From: Gemmatimonadota bacterium
GTDB lineage: Bacteria > Gemmatimonadota > Gemmatimonadetes > Longimicrobiales > Gaopeijiaceae
DNA: 64,000 nt
Direction of reading: 5' to 3'
Assembly (NCBI GenBank): GCA_012960225.1
Contig: DUBS01000003.1
Span: forward strand, 12,145 to 76,144
The stretch's first letter is position 1, and each line of letters starts with the position of its first letter. Below the pieces are notes generated by a model. It was not told where the DNA came from. It searched no databases and was given only the letters and a program-made list of their open reading frames with translations. Positions 43,965 through 53,799 of the stretch are shown here, piece after piece. Position numbers and translations under genes: made by a program.

Positions 43965-44948
43965 TTATTCAAAATGTCCAGGGGCTGCCTTATGCATCTC
44001 AGACTGAACATCCTCTGCTTTGCGCATAGTCGAAAGATCTAATTCAAAATCTTCGACACTAGGATGACGAAGCTTGCCAAGGAACTCCTCAATTTCTCGT
44101 CCGGATAGCCCGTTTTTCTTGAGTTTTTCGGAAGAGACACTCATGCCTGGCCTGGCAGAGATACTGGATCCATCTGCATCTAGGAGCTCTGCTAGGACGC
44201 TGAGTTCAGCCCGGCTCATTCTTTGACCAAGCAGGTCATAATCAACCCACGCTTCGAACGACAATGGAGCAACACGCTTTACCATACCCGCGATAATGTT
44301 CGCAAAGACGCGGATCTCCCACTGCGCATGTGGATCTGCCCTGAGTGATAGAAAGTGCAGCAAGTTGTGCAGATCAATCTTCCAGTACCACTGTGTGTAG
44401 GTAGAGAGAGGCAAATCTATCCGAGCAATTTCCCTTGCAATGTCCTCACCAATCATCCAAGAATAGCCTTCACCGGCATCAGCTCGGATTCTCTCCCAAC
44501 GTTCTACCGCAGACTTATAAATCTCTGCTGAAGCAAGCTGCTCGCGTCCCTGCTTGTTCGACTGGCTCTGGAGAGCAAAATGCTCTTCATCCGGCATATA
44601 AAACAGCAACGGCATAAGGCTATAGCGTCCGCTGTATTCATTAATAGACGCACTCCTGTGACGCACCCATTGCCGCGCGATGAACATCGGCATTGCGCAA
44701 TGGAACTTGAACTCGACCATCTCACTTGGTGTGGTGTGGCGATGACGCCTGAGATAGCGGATCAATCCACGTGTAAGTGATGTCTTGCGTGTGCCCGCGC
44801 CATAACTTACTCGGGCCGCTCGCTCGACATCCTCATCGGTGCCCATGTAGTCCACCAAGGCCACGAAGCCATGGTCAAGCGCCGGGAAATAGCCCCCGAG
44901 AATTTCTTCGGCCGCCTCCACTGTAGGTCGTTTTGTTTTCAGACTCAT
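43965..44948 (-). CDS. thyX: FAD-dependent thymidylate synthase ThyX, with a roughly 85-aa C-terminal extension
   Basis: ThyX motif (RHRSASINEYSGRYS). At 327 aa it is longer than minimal ThyX proteins. Confidence 0.9.
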   Translation of the reverse strand: MSLKTKRPTVEAAEEILGGYFPALDHGFVALVDYMGTDEDVERAARVSYGAGTRKTSLTRGLIRYLRRHRHTTPSEMVEFKFHCAMPMFIARQWVRHRSASINEYSGRYSLMPLLFYMPDEEHFALQSQSNKQGREQLASAEIYKSAVERWERIRADAGEGYSWMIGEDIAREIARIDLPLSTYTQWYWKIDLHNLLHFLSLRADPHAQWEIRVFANIIAGMVKRVAPLSFEAWVDYDLLGQRMSRAELSVLAELLDADGSSISARPGMSVSSEKLKKNGLSGREIEEFLGKLRHPSVEDFELDLSTMRKAEDVQSEMHKAAPGHFE

Positions 44949-45093
44949 CGAAGGATCATCTCTCGATCACACAGAACAGGGAGCCCGAATATAGCCGACA
45001 TCGCAAGCCTCGATAGAGACGGTTTTCTTTACTTGGAATGGAGTCACCAGGCCTAACAACAGACCACTAAATATTAGAAAACACTCAATAGGA

Positions 45094-45687
45094 TCAGGGA
45101 TTCGATAGTCCCCATTCACCGATGTCTGACTCCGACTCAACCCCGAGAGCATCCGCAATCCGAGTGATGTAGTTGAAGTACCCTATGATCTGCGTTGCAT
45201 CATGGATCGCGCTGTCTTCGAAGCCATGAATACGTAAAGATTCGAGGTCACTTGGACCTATTTCTTGCTGATCTAGGGTGAGTTTTTCCGCGAACAGACA
45301 TAGTGCTCGATCTTTTTCAGACAGATCCGCAGAGCGCCAGTCCGTGGCGATGGCCTCTACAAACGCGTCTGCTTCATCTGCGGACTTGAACCTTTCCGTA
45401 ACCTCTTCCCGGAGGTCATGTGCGTGCGATTGCACTCAATAGAAACAGTCATTCGCCTTCGATGTGACTACGGCTAGCATCTCCCTCTGCACCCGCGACA
45501 GGGGAGACGGAGTAAACATCAATGCGCGATAAAGCCCCATGGAAGCTTCCATCACAGTCGGGTTAAGGCTCATCACATGGACGATATTCCATACGCGACC
45601 TGCTCGATCGATCGCATCGTCGAATTGCTTTTTGAGTAAGCCTTCAGCTTCTGATAAAGGGATCTGCTCTATATAGGGCATGCTCAT
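45094..45687 (-). CDS. AhpD/carboxymuconolactone-decarboxylase-family peroxidase-related protein; candidate selenoprotein (in-frame UGA at 45436-45438)
   Basis: ORFs 45436..45687 and 45094..45435 share a frame and are separated only by TGA. Read-through gives ...SKANDCFY-U-VQSHAHD..., i.e. C-x-x-U-x-x-x-H at the family CxxCxxxH site. The joined length is 197 aa. Confidence 0.7.
45399..45418 (-). promoter_or_regulatory. candidate bacterial SECIS hairpin
   Basis: mRNA 5'-UGACCUC CGGGAA GAGGUUA-3': a 7-bp stem (one G-U pair) with a G-rich 6-nt loop. The stem starts 17 nt after the UGA and the apical loop 24 nt after it. Confidence 0.45.
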
Positions 45688-45904
45688 ACAGGTTGAGTGA
45701 TACCAGATCTGTGAAATGTACTGTCTTAGTAAGAGATCAGCCTCAGATACCCTTCACTGTCCTCGGAATGGCAGAGAGAATCGCTCATCGAGAAGGACTA
45801 CAGAACTCAGATCTAGAAATAGGAAACAGAGGACACCTTGAAAGGGGCCGAGCATTCAAGCAGCTTGGCCGGATGTTTGATGCCCTTACAGAGTCCAATC
45901 TCCG

Positions 45905-47407
45905 TTGACCCTTCATTTGGTTGACCGCGCCGAAGCCTATTCGAACCGCACGGCCATCGTAGTAGAAGAGGACGCCTACACATACTCAGACCTATTACGA
46001 ATTTCCAGTATAGTTGCTACCCGGCTGCTCTCTGGCCGGAAAAATCTAAATGCCGGCCGCATATGCATCCTAGTGCCACCCGGCTGGGACTACGTTGTTA
46101 CGATGTGGGGCATCTGGCGTGCAGGCGGTGTGGCGGTACCGATGGCAATATCACATCCTCCTGCTGAGTTAGCACATGTGATAGAAGATGCTAAACCTGA
46201 AGCGATCGTCGCTCATCCAACCCTCTCTGCTCGGATCAATATTCTAGCCGACGAACGCGGGCTCCCAGTGCTTGAGAGTTCGACTCTATCCCAAGAAATC
46301 CCCCTCTGTGAGATCCCGATAGTTCAGGAGGAGGGTCCATCAATGATCCTCTACACGTCTGGAACCACCGGACAACCCAAAGGAGTCGTCCTGACCCATA
46401 AGAATATCCGTAGTCAGGTCGAGTCCCTTACTGTTGCCTGGGGTTGGGATCATGACGATCACATCCTCCTCCATCTTCCCCTGCATCATGTTCATGGCAT
46501 CGTAAACGTTTTGCTGTCAGCACTATGGAACGGGAGCACATGCGAGATTTTCTCTCAGTTCAATGCCGTCGAAGTCTGGGAACGATTGAGTCGCAGGGAT
46601 ATCACCCTCTATATGGCTGTACCAACCGTTTATCGTCGTCTAATAGAGGCCTGGAAGCGCGTGAACTCTACTACACGGACTGCTTGGGCTTCGGGCGCTG
46701 GTGCCTGTCGACTTTCGATTTCCGGCTCAGCTGCGTTACCCGTGACAACGCTGGAACTGTGGGAAGAAATGACTGGCCAACGCCTACTTGAGCGTTATGG
46801 TATGACAGAGATTGGAATGGCACTCTCAAACCCCCTTGATGGTGAACGACGACCTGGATATGTAGGCAAGGCACTACCTGGGATAGAGGTTCGTCTGGTG
46901 GACGAGGCTGACCACCTAGTCGCAGAAGGTGAGCCGGGCCTGATACAAGTCCGCGGAGCTACAGTATTTAATGAGTACTGGCGTCAACCCAAGGAAACAG
47001 AGGCAGCCTTCACGTCTGATGGATGGTTCATAACTGGTGACCAAGCAGTTGTGGAGGCAGGTGCGTACCGCATACTCGGACGTTCCAGTGTTGATATCTT
47101 AAAAACGGGTGGCGAGAAAATCTCGGCTCTAGAAATTGAGGGGGTTATGCTCACCCATTCAGGAGTCCGTGAGTGCGCAGTGGTAGGTGTGCCGGACGTC
47201 GATTGGGGGGATCGAGTCTGCGCAGCGATTGTGTCCGAGGACAAAGATGGCCTTTTGGCAGATGAGCTTCTAGCATTTGCCCAGAAGCGGCTCGCCCCTT
47301 ACAAGGTCCCTAAGGAAATCTTGATAGTCTCCGAGTTACCACGTAATACGATGGGTAAGGTGACCAAACCGGAAGTACTCAAGTTCTTCAAATCGGACAA
47401 AGAATAG
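45905..47407 (+). CDS. acyl-CoA synthetase (AMP-forming, medium-chain or malonyl-CoA-synthetase-like)
   Basis: AMP-binding motifs (ILYTSGTTGQPKGVVLTH, YGMTE, TGD, GGEKIS). TTG start. Confidence 0.8.
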   Translation: MTLHLVDRAEAYSNRTAIVVEEDAYTYSDLLRISSIVATRLLSGRKNLNAGRICILVPPGWDYVVTMWGIWRAGGVAVPMAISHPPAELAHVIEDAKPEAIVAHPTLSARINILADERGLPVLESSTLSQEIPLCEIPIVQEEGPSMILYTSGTTGQPKGVVLTHKNIRSQVESLTVAWGWDHDDHILLHLPLHHVHGIVNVLLSALWNGSTCEIFSQFNAVEVWERLSRRDITLYMAVPTVYRRLIEAWKRVNSTTRTAWASGAGACRLSISGSAALPVTTLELWEEMTGQRLLERYGMTEIGMALSNPLDGERRPGYVGKALPGIEVRLVDEADHLVAEGEPGLIQVRGATVFNEYWRQPKETEAAFTSDGWFITGDQAVVEAGAYRILGRSSVDILKTGGEKISALEIEGVMLTHSGVRECAVVGVPDVDWGDRVCAAIVSEDKDGLLADELLAFAQKRLAPYKVPKEILIVSELPRNTMGKVTKPEVLKFFKSDKE

Positions 47408-47438
47408 TGGTCTACCATCAACTCTCTACTTTCCCCTT

Positions 47439-48923
47439 ATGATTGACTCAGTGATTGCAAACCTGCGCGAATACTGGATGGTTCACTCACTCCTCGCGCT
47501 ATACACCGTGATGCTCGCGCACCACGCATGGACCGGAAAACAGAAAACGAAAGGGCTCACGGACTATTACGTTGGTGGACGGAATATGGGTGGTTGGATC
47601 ATCGGCCTCTCATTCTTTGCCACGTATGCAAGTACAAATTCATTTGTAGGCTTCAGTGGCCAGACATACGACTGGGGCGTGCCATGGATGCTATTCGTCC
47701 CGACCTCCGTTGGCCTAAGCCTCTTCGCCTGGCTCGTAATCGCCCCTCGACTCAGAAGCTTCACCGGCGCGATGGACTCTCTCACGATACCGGATTTCAT
47801 AGGCTTCCGCTTTGACAGCACCGCCGCCAGAGTCTTCGCTGCCCTGATCGTTATTGCAGCTTCGTTCTTCTATATGACAGCAGTCTTTAAGGGCATCGGC
47901 AACCTACTACAAGTTTATCTGGAGATTCCTTATAAGGTCTCAATCGTAATTGTTTTCTTTATCGTCATGCTCTACACGATGATCGGCGGCTTCATCAGTG
48001 TGGTGAAGACAGATTCAGTGCAGGGCGTAGTGATGATCCTAGCAGCTATCCTCCTGTTCACTGGAACGGTAAACGCGGCAGGTGGGCTGAGCGCAATCTC
48101 CGAGGTGCGCTCCCAGCCTGGCGGGGAAGAACTTTTTACTTGGGGAGGCGGTGTCGCAATTCCTGTACTACTCGGCACAATGTTCGCAGGACTCATCAAA
48201 TTTGCTGTCGAACCTCGGCAACTCGCTCGATTCTTTGCACTAAAAGGGGACAAAGCGATTCGGACGGGCATGCTTGTCTCAACGATTACATTCGGTTTCG
48301 TATTCTCGCTCTTAATCCCAATCGGACTCTATGCGAGACGAATCTTCCCTGACGACCTCGGGGATACTGATCTTGTAATTCCCAATCTCTTGAATGAAGT
48401 CTTTGGGCAGGGCACCGCGGCATTCTTATTAGTCGCTATGGTAGCGGCGGCAATGTCATCACTCGACTCAGTGCTTCTCGTACTGGCATCAACTACCGAG
48501 CGAGACATTGTCGGCGTGGTCAAGCCCGGTCGAAGTGAGAAGGACCAAATGTTTTGGACCAAGGGATGGGTGGCGCTATTCGCGTTTATCACCATGCTAA
48601 TCTCTCTAAATCCACCTGGTGGTATAGTCTCCCTTACAGCGTTCAGTGGTAGCCTCTACGGTGCTTGTTTTTTTCCAGCCATCGTCTTTGGACTTCATTG
48701 GAAACGAGGAAGTGGTTCAGCGGTTTTAGCTTCGTTTGGTATGGGCATCACGACACTCCTGACGTGGGACTTAATTCCAGGATCAGAAGTGGTACATGAG
48801 GTTTTCCCTGCGATGTTGCTTTCAACCGTTGTCTATGCTGTCACCTCATTCATGACACCTAACAGTGCGAGTGATACGGTGCTGGAGTTGATGAACAAAG
48901 CGAGTCACAGCCACGCTGATTGA
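47439..48923 (+). CDS. sodium:solute symporter family transporter
   Basis: A 13-14 TM protein with an SSF-like N-terminus (DYYVGGRNMG ... ATYASTNSF.G). Confidence 0.8.
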   Translation: MIDSVIANLREYWMVHSLLALYTVMLAHHAWTGKQKTKGLTDYYVGGRNMGGWIIGLSFFATYASTNSFVGFSGQTYDWGVPWMLFVPTSVGLSLFAWLVIAPRLRSFTGAMDSLTIPDFIGFRFDSTAARVFAALIVIAASFFYMTAVFKGIGNLLQVYLEIPYKVSIVIVFFIVMLYTMIGGFISVVKTDSVQGVVMILAAILLFTGTVNAAGGLSAISEVRSQPGGEELFTWGGGVAIPVLLGTMFAGLIKFAVEPRQLARFFALKGDKAIRTGMLVSTITFGFVFSLLIPIGLYARRIFPDDLGDTDLVIPNLLNEVFGQGTAAFLLVAMVAAAMSSLDSVLLVLASTTERDIVGVVKPGRSEKDQMFWTKGWVALFAFITMLISLNPPGGIVSLTAFSGSLYGACFFPAIVFGLHWKRGSGSAVLASFGMGITTLLTWDLIPGSEVVHEVFPAMLLSTVVYAVTSFMTPNSASDTVLELMNKASHSHAD

Positions 48924-49154
48924 GCGCCTGAGTAATCAAGTTTTGGTACCACTCACTCGTCAAAACTGACACCATCAAACCGGTCCTCGTAAGTTAAGTT
49001 GTTATCTAACGCGGCAGTCCTAACAGTAAGTCAGCTTGCCCATTTCAAGCTCGATTCGCAGTGGTTCATGGAACTTTGTAATTTCCCTGGGATTCCAGAT
49101 ACACCTAGTATGTTGTGAGAAATCAGGGCTCAGAGTTCTATACATCACTCTTGG

Positions 49155-49613
49155 ATGAAAGATCTAAGTTCAAGTTTCGAGAAACGTTATGACAGGGCAC
49201 ACATCATAAACACATTTACTGGTAGCATTTGGACGGTTGTGCTTCTGGTTGGCCTAACCTCTTGCACTCCTATGGGGCGTCCCATTGGCGGAACCGGTGG
49301 GGGGAGCAACCCGTTCGCGGGACGAAGCAGCGCTGCCCCTCAAGACATCGAATTGATCGTGGAGAACCTTAATTTCAATGATGCCAGGCTTTATGCAGTT
49401 AGCGGTGGATCACGCCGCCGTGTGGGTCAAGTTAGTGCCCTTTCGAGCCAAACTCTGAAGATCCCTTGGTCTTTTATGACGAACCGCCTACGGATAGAGG
49501 TCGATCTCGTCACGGGGCCAAGCTGCGTGACGCCCGAAGTAATGGCCGACCCTGGCGAAAGGATTTACCTACAGATTGCGTCCCGATTTGATGGAAGCGG
49601 GCTCTGTAGATGA
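49155..49613 (+). CDS. hypothetical lipoprotein
   Basis: Lipobox (LLVGLTSC). I recognise no family. Confidence 0.5.
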   Translation: MKDLSSSFEKRYDRAHIINTFTGSIWTVVLLVGLTSCTPMGRPIGGTGGGSNPFAGRSSAAPQDIELIVENLNFNDARLYAVSGGSRRRVGQVSALSSQTLKIPWSFMTNRLRIEVDLVTGPSCVTPEVMADPGERIYLQIASRFDGSGLCR

Positions 49614-49667
49614 GCAGTACCCCAGACACCTTCCTGCTCATTGCTTTTTAAGCAGTTCCTAACTGCT
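49612..49667. terminator. candidate terminator hairpins between convergent genes
   Basis: GAGCAG(16 nt)CTGCTC followed by ATTGCTTTTT (plus-strand sense), then AGCAGTT-cct-AACTGCT abutting the NamZ-like stop codon. Confidence 0.3.
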
Positions 49668-50845
49668 CACTCATAGATCAAGAAACTTTCAACACTCTCT
49701 TTAAAAGTATTGAGATCTTCCTGCACACCCTCTAAAACCCCATCCACAGTAGCACCGTCGTCTATCCTACGCCGCAGGCCATCGTGCCCCCAAATTAGGT
49801 CTATCGGTATCAAATCTTCCTCATATTCGTAAGGCGGTTCAGCCCAGTCGAATTCCTGCGGAGCAAGTTCTCTGGCCGCCCTGATGATTGCTACTGCAGT
49901 TCGTACAGGCTGAAATATTTCCGGATCAGTAATGTGCAGCTGTCCTCCCGCACACATGGCTCCAGCGTATTTCTGAAAAGTGGGCTCAAAATGACAAGGG
50001 CGGATCGTTACACCGTCTAAGCACTCCTGACCTAAGAAGTCCTGCAGATGTTCGATATTCAAATAAGGTGCACCAAAATACTCAAATGGCTTGGTGGTCC
50101 CTCGCCCTTCTGAGAGGTTGGTCCCCTCCAAGAGAACCATGCCTGGATAGACGAGACACGATTCCGGCGTCGGTAGGTTAGGGCTAGGTGCCACCCATGG
50201 TAATCCGGTATCACTCCATCCCATGGACCTATGCCAACCCCTGCACTCGATTACTTCAAGGTCGCACCCGATACCTCGGGTTTCGTTCATCCAAGCCGCT
50301 AACTCACCACAGGTCAGCCCGTGACGCAGCGGAATAGGATGTAGCCCGACGAAGGACTCGAAGTCCTTACGAAGGACCGCACCTTCTCTCTGAATTCCAC
50401 CAATGGGATTGGGCCGATCCAGCACAATGAACCGGAGACCTGCTTCAGCACACGCTTCCATTGCCAAGAGCATTGTCCAGATGAAGGTGTACACACGGAC
50501 TCCTACGTCTTGGAGATCAAACACGATAGCGTCCAGCCCTCTAAGCATCTCTTGGGTAGGTTTGCGGACATCACTATAAAGCGAGTGCACGGGTAACCCT
50601 GTGTACGGATCAGCATAATGCTCGGACTCAATCATGTTGTCCTGCTTCTCACCCCTCGCACCGTGCTGTGGGCCGAAAAGAGTCCTGACCATGAATCGTT
50701 CTTGTAGCAAAGCATCAACTGAGAGTCGAAACCCCCTCTCTACCGAAGCAGGATGGATAATCAATCCAAGAGAGAGGCGTCGCAGATGGGATGCTTCGCC
50801 AGCAAGAAGTCTCTCGAGACCACTAGTTACCTGAAAAGAATTCAT
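49667..50845 (-). CDS. DUF1343 / exo-beta-N-acetylmuramidase NamZ-like protein
   Basis: DUF1343 core (FGPQHG.RG ... FDLQDVG.R.YT ... VLDRPNP.GG). The ATG at 50845 avoids overlap with the upstream gene. Confidence 0.75.
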   Translation of the reverse strand: MNSFQVTSGLERLLAGEASHLRRLSLGLIIHPASVERGFRLSVDALLQERFMVRTLFGPQHGARGEKQDNMIESEHYADPYTGLPVHSLYSDVRKPTQEMLRGLDAIVFDLQDVGVRVYTFIWTMLLAMEACAEAGLRFIVLDRPNPIGGIQREGAVLRKDFESFVGLHPIPLRHGLTCGELAAWMNETRGIGCDLEVIECRGWHRSMGWSDTGLPWVAPSPNLPTPESCLVYPGMVLLEGTNLSEGRGTTKPFEYFGAPYLNIEHLQDFLGQECLDGVTIRPCHFEPTFQKYAGAMCAGGQLHITDPEIFQPVRTAVAIIRAARELAPQEFDWAEPPYEYEEDLIPIDLIWGHDGLRRRIDDGATVDGVLEGVQEDLNTFKESVESFLIYE

Positions 50846-50900
50846 GCAGGAAAGATAGCGTACCAGCCACTTAATCTGCTCAAGAACGGAGTGGTTACGG

Positions 50901-53594
50901 CTATCGCGGAGTGATCCGAAGAGGCATGCGGTTTTCGGCATTATTTACTTTTAGAATCACAGTGTATTCTCCGGGTTGAACTAAATCGGTTCGCCTGGAG
51001 AACCCAGCTCCGCGCCCATCCTGATCTGAGCCCATACGTTCAAGCGTCCACTCGACTGCATGCAATCCTGGATCACCGCTTGCCTCAAGGATATTCACCA
51101 CCTGGCCGCGGTTATCCTGAACCTCCAGACTCACTTCAGCTTCTTCATTAAGCCAATAGTGAATGTACGCGCTCTGCGCTGCGGAAGTACTAGCCCTCCC
51201 CCTCCCATTACCAAGCGCGAGAAGCCCACCTTCAGGTTCAAACATGTGCGATGTTGTAGCAACGATTTTAGTGGTCAGCTGTTGTAGCTGTCTCACATCA
51301 AACGCGAACATCCCCCTTCCATGTGTTGCAGCAACCATGATGTCATCCCGGGGATGAATCACCAGATCATGCACAAAAGTACTCGGGAGGCCATAAGGAA
51401 GTGCATGCCACCTGTTCCCTCGATCCAGCGACACATACACGCCCACATCATTACCTAGATAAAGTAAGTTCGGGTTCTTGGGATCCTCGCGAATGATGTT
51501 AACAGGTCCAAATGGGATTCCGTCGGCGATACTTTCCCAAGTATCGCCGTAGTCCGTGGATCTCCAAACGTAGGGAGCAAAATCATCACTACGGCGACCG
51601 TTCTGTGTGACGTAGACGGTGCTTTCGTGGTACTCAGACGCCAAAACCTCAGAAGTGAACCGGTCAGGACGTAAACCACCTGAGATATCGGTCCATGATT
51701 CACCACCATCTCGTGTGACATGAACTCGGCCGTCATCAGAACCGGCATAGAGGAGTCCCTCGGTAATCGGTGACTCTGAAAGTGCCGTGATCGTCTGGAA
51801 CGGGATATCTCCTAGACGATCCGGGTCATTGTGAGTCAGGTCAGGGCTAATACGCTCCCAATCATCCCCTTGGTTGGTAGAACGAAATACGTGGTTCATA
51901 CCGTGGTAGATCGTGTTTGGGTCGTGGGGCGACATAATGAAGTGAGCAAGCCACTGGCCTCGGTACGGGAGATCGCCTTCGGGTGGCCTGGGAACGATTT
52001 GCTTCGTCTCTCCGGTCGCCCGATTCGTTCGTGAGATCGTGCCGTAGAACCCCGCCGAATACACGATATCCGTATCCCTAGGGTCTATGGCATGATGACT
52101 GCCCTCTCCACCGGGGGCTCCATCAAACTCTACGGCTGGTATCTCGTGCCTGCCGTTATTGAGGTTAACAACACCCGTGTAGGAACCGTGGTCCTGAACC
52201 GAGCCATAAACTCGAAAGGGGTCACCCATATCGAAGTTGACATTGAAGAACTGAACCATCGGAAGTTCACCAAAGAAGCGCCAATTTTCTCCGCCATCAT
52301 AGGACACGTAAGCGCCACCATCATTTGAGTTCACTAGATAATCCGAATTATTCGGATCTATATAGAGACCGTGATGGTCACCGTGCATTCCAGACAGTCG
52401 CCGGAATGTTCTTCCGCTATCCTCAGATACGTTCAACCCAAGACCCATTACATAGATCTTATCTGGGTTGTTTGGATCAACTCTCATCTGACCGAAGACC
52501 CAACCATATGTGCCACCAAGACCTTCCATGAACTGATTGTGTTCGCTGGTCCGACGCCACGAGCCACCACCGTTATCTGATCGAAAAACAGTCGCCCCAC
52601 GGATCACGCCCCCCCGAGGACGTCCGTACGCATCAGCTTCACCTTCCTCGGCTTCACGCGCAATCTCATAGTTGTCTACAAACGCGTATATCGTCTCAGG
52701 CTGTGAGCGGGCAATGTCGATCCCGATCCGACCTCGATACTTTGGGCTGGGCAAACCATTGTTCATCTGCCGCCAACTTTCCCCTCCATCAGTGCTTTTC
52801 CACACACCTGACCCTGTGAAGTACTCATCGGAACCCGTAAATGCAGGTTCATTACGAGGATCGTTGAATTTGGCTCGTTGGCGTTGCCAGGTAGCAGCAT
52901 ACAGAGTGTTCGAATCAAGCGGATGGATTACAAGATCAATGGCCCCAGTCATGTCATCGATGAACAGCACTTTATTCCAGTTGTGACCACCATCAACAGT
53001 CTTATAGACCCCTCGTTCGGGATTACCACGGTACTCATGACCGCTAGCAGCGACCCAAACAACATCCGGGTTTTCCGGATGCACGACTATACGACCAATG
53101 GTCTGGGTCTCAGTCAGGCCCATATGCTGCCATGAATTGCCCCCATCCGTTGACTTATAGATCCCAGCGCCCGCATGCGAACTGCGGAAGATATTTGCCT
53201 CTCCGGTACCCACCCACACTATGTCCGAGTCTGATGGAGCAATCGCCAAATCCCCTATTGAGGTGGTCAATTGCTCATCGAAGAGCGACGTCCAAGTAAC
53301 CCCTTCATTCTCCGTCTTCCAGACGCCCCCAGAAGCCCCAGCGACATAAATCGTGTAAGTCTCACCTCGAGGCTCTACCAGAGCGATATCAGTAGACCTT
53401 CCACTGATATTTGTAGGGCCAAGATGCTGCCAGGGCAGGTTCTTGAATAACGATCCCTCAACCATTGAGCGATGTGTCTGGTATGCAGAAAACCGTTCCG
53501 CTGCAGACATCCGACTCTCTTGTGCAATAATGGAGTACGGTGCCACCACTAAGAGGATCACTGCCGTTAAGGCTCTCTGGTAGAACTTACACAT
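50901..53594 (-). CDS. secreted BNR/Asp-box repeat protein (sortilin/VPS10-like beta-propeller)
   Basis: Signal peptide plus at least 8 Asp-boxes (STDGGNSW, TVDGGHNW, STDGGESW, SDNGGGSW, SYDGGENW, TRDGGESW, STDYGDTW, SLDRGNRW). Confidence 0.75.
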   Translation of the reverse strand: MCKFYQRALTAVILLVVAPYSIIAQESRMSAAERFSAYQTHRSMVEGSLFKNLPWQHLGPTNISGRSTDIALVEPRGETYTIYVAGASGGVWKTENEGVTWTSLFDEQLTTSIGDLAIAPSDSDIVWVGTGEANIFRSSHAGAGIYKSTDGGNSWQHMGLTETQTIGRIVVHPENPDVVWVAASGHEYRGNPERGVYKTVDGGHNWNKVLFIDDMTGAIDLVIHPLDSNTLYAATWQRQRAKFNDPRNEPAFTGSDEYFTGSGVWKSTDGGESWRQMNNGLPSPKYRGRIGIDIARSQPETIYAFVDNYEIAREAEEGEADAYGRPRGGVIRGATVFRSDNGGGSWRRTSEHNQFMEGLGGTYGWVFGQMRVDPNNPDKIYVMGLGLNVSEDSGRTFRRLSGMHGDHHGLYIDPNNSDYLVNSNDGGAYVSYDGGENWRFFGELPMVQFFNVNFDMGDPFRVYGSVQDHGSYTGVVNLNNGRHEIPAVEFDGAPGGEGSHHAIDPRDTDIVYSAGFYGTISRTNRATGETKQIVPRPPEGDLPYRGQWLAHFIMSPHDPNTIYHGMNHVFRSTNQGDDWERISPDLTHNDPDRLGDIPFQTITALSESPITEGLLYAGSDDGRVHVTRDGGESWTDISGGLRPDRFTSEVLASEYHESTVYVTQNGRRSDDFAPYVWRSTDYGDTWESIADGIPFGPVNIIREDPKNPNLLYLGNDVGVYVSLDRGNRWHALPYGLPSTFVHDLVIHPRDDIMVAATHGRGMFAFDVRQLQQLTTKIVATTSHMFEPEGGLLALGNGRGRASTSAAQSAYIHYWLNEEAEVSLEVQDNRGQVVNILEASGDPGLHAVEWTLERMGSDQDGRGAGFSRRTDLVQPGEYTVILKVNNAENRMPLRITPR

Positions 53595-53799
53595 GGTATT
53601 CGACCTCGTGGGCTTGATATGAGTTCATTCAAGGTGACATGCTGACAGTGGGTTACCACTGGTCATGAGCGTGAACGTACGGATGCCACTTTCGCATACG
53701 CTAGACGTGGAGCCGTTATTCAGTGGGGATTTGAGTATAAAATCCACTGCGGAAAAGAGTGCTCGTGCCTCAGGGTACCTCTAATCTAAAAGCCAAAGT

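Noticed and set aside
49590-49680. The lipoprotein gene ends ...GSGLCR-TGA and a hairpin follows at once. I considered a C-x-U C-terminal Sec site.
   Set aside because: Read-through adds only 20 residues before a TAG. The hairpin starts within the stop codon and is followed by a T-run, so it behaves like a terminator. C-x-U is not a standard redox motif.
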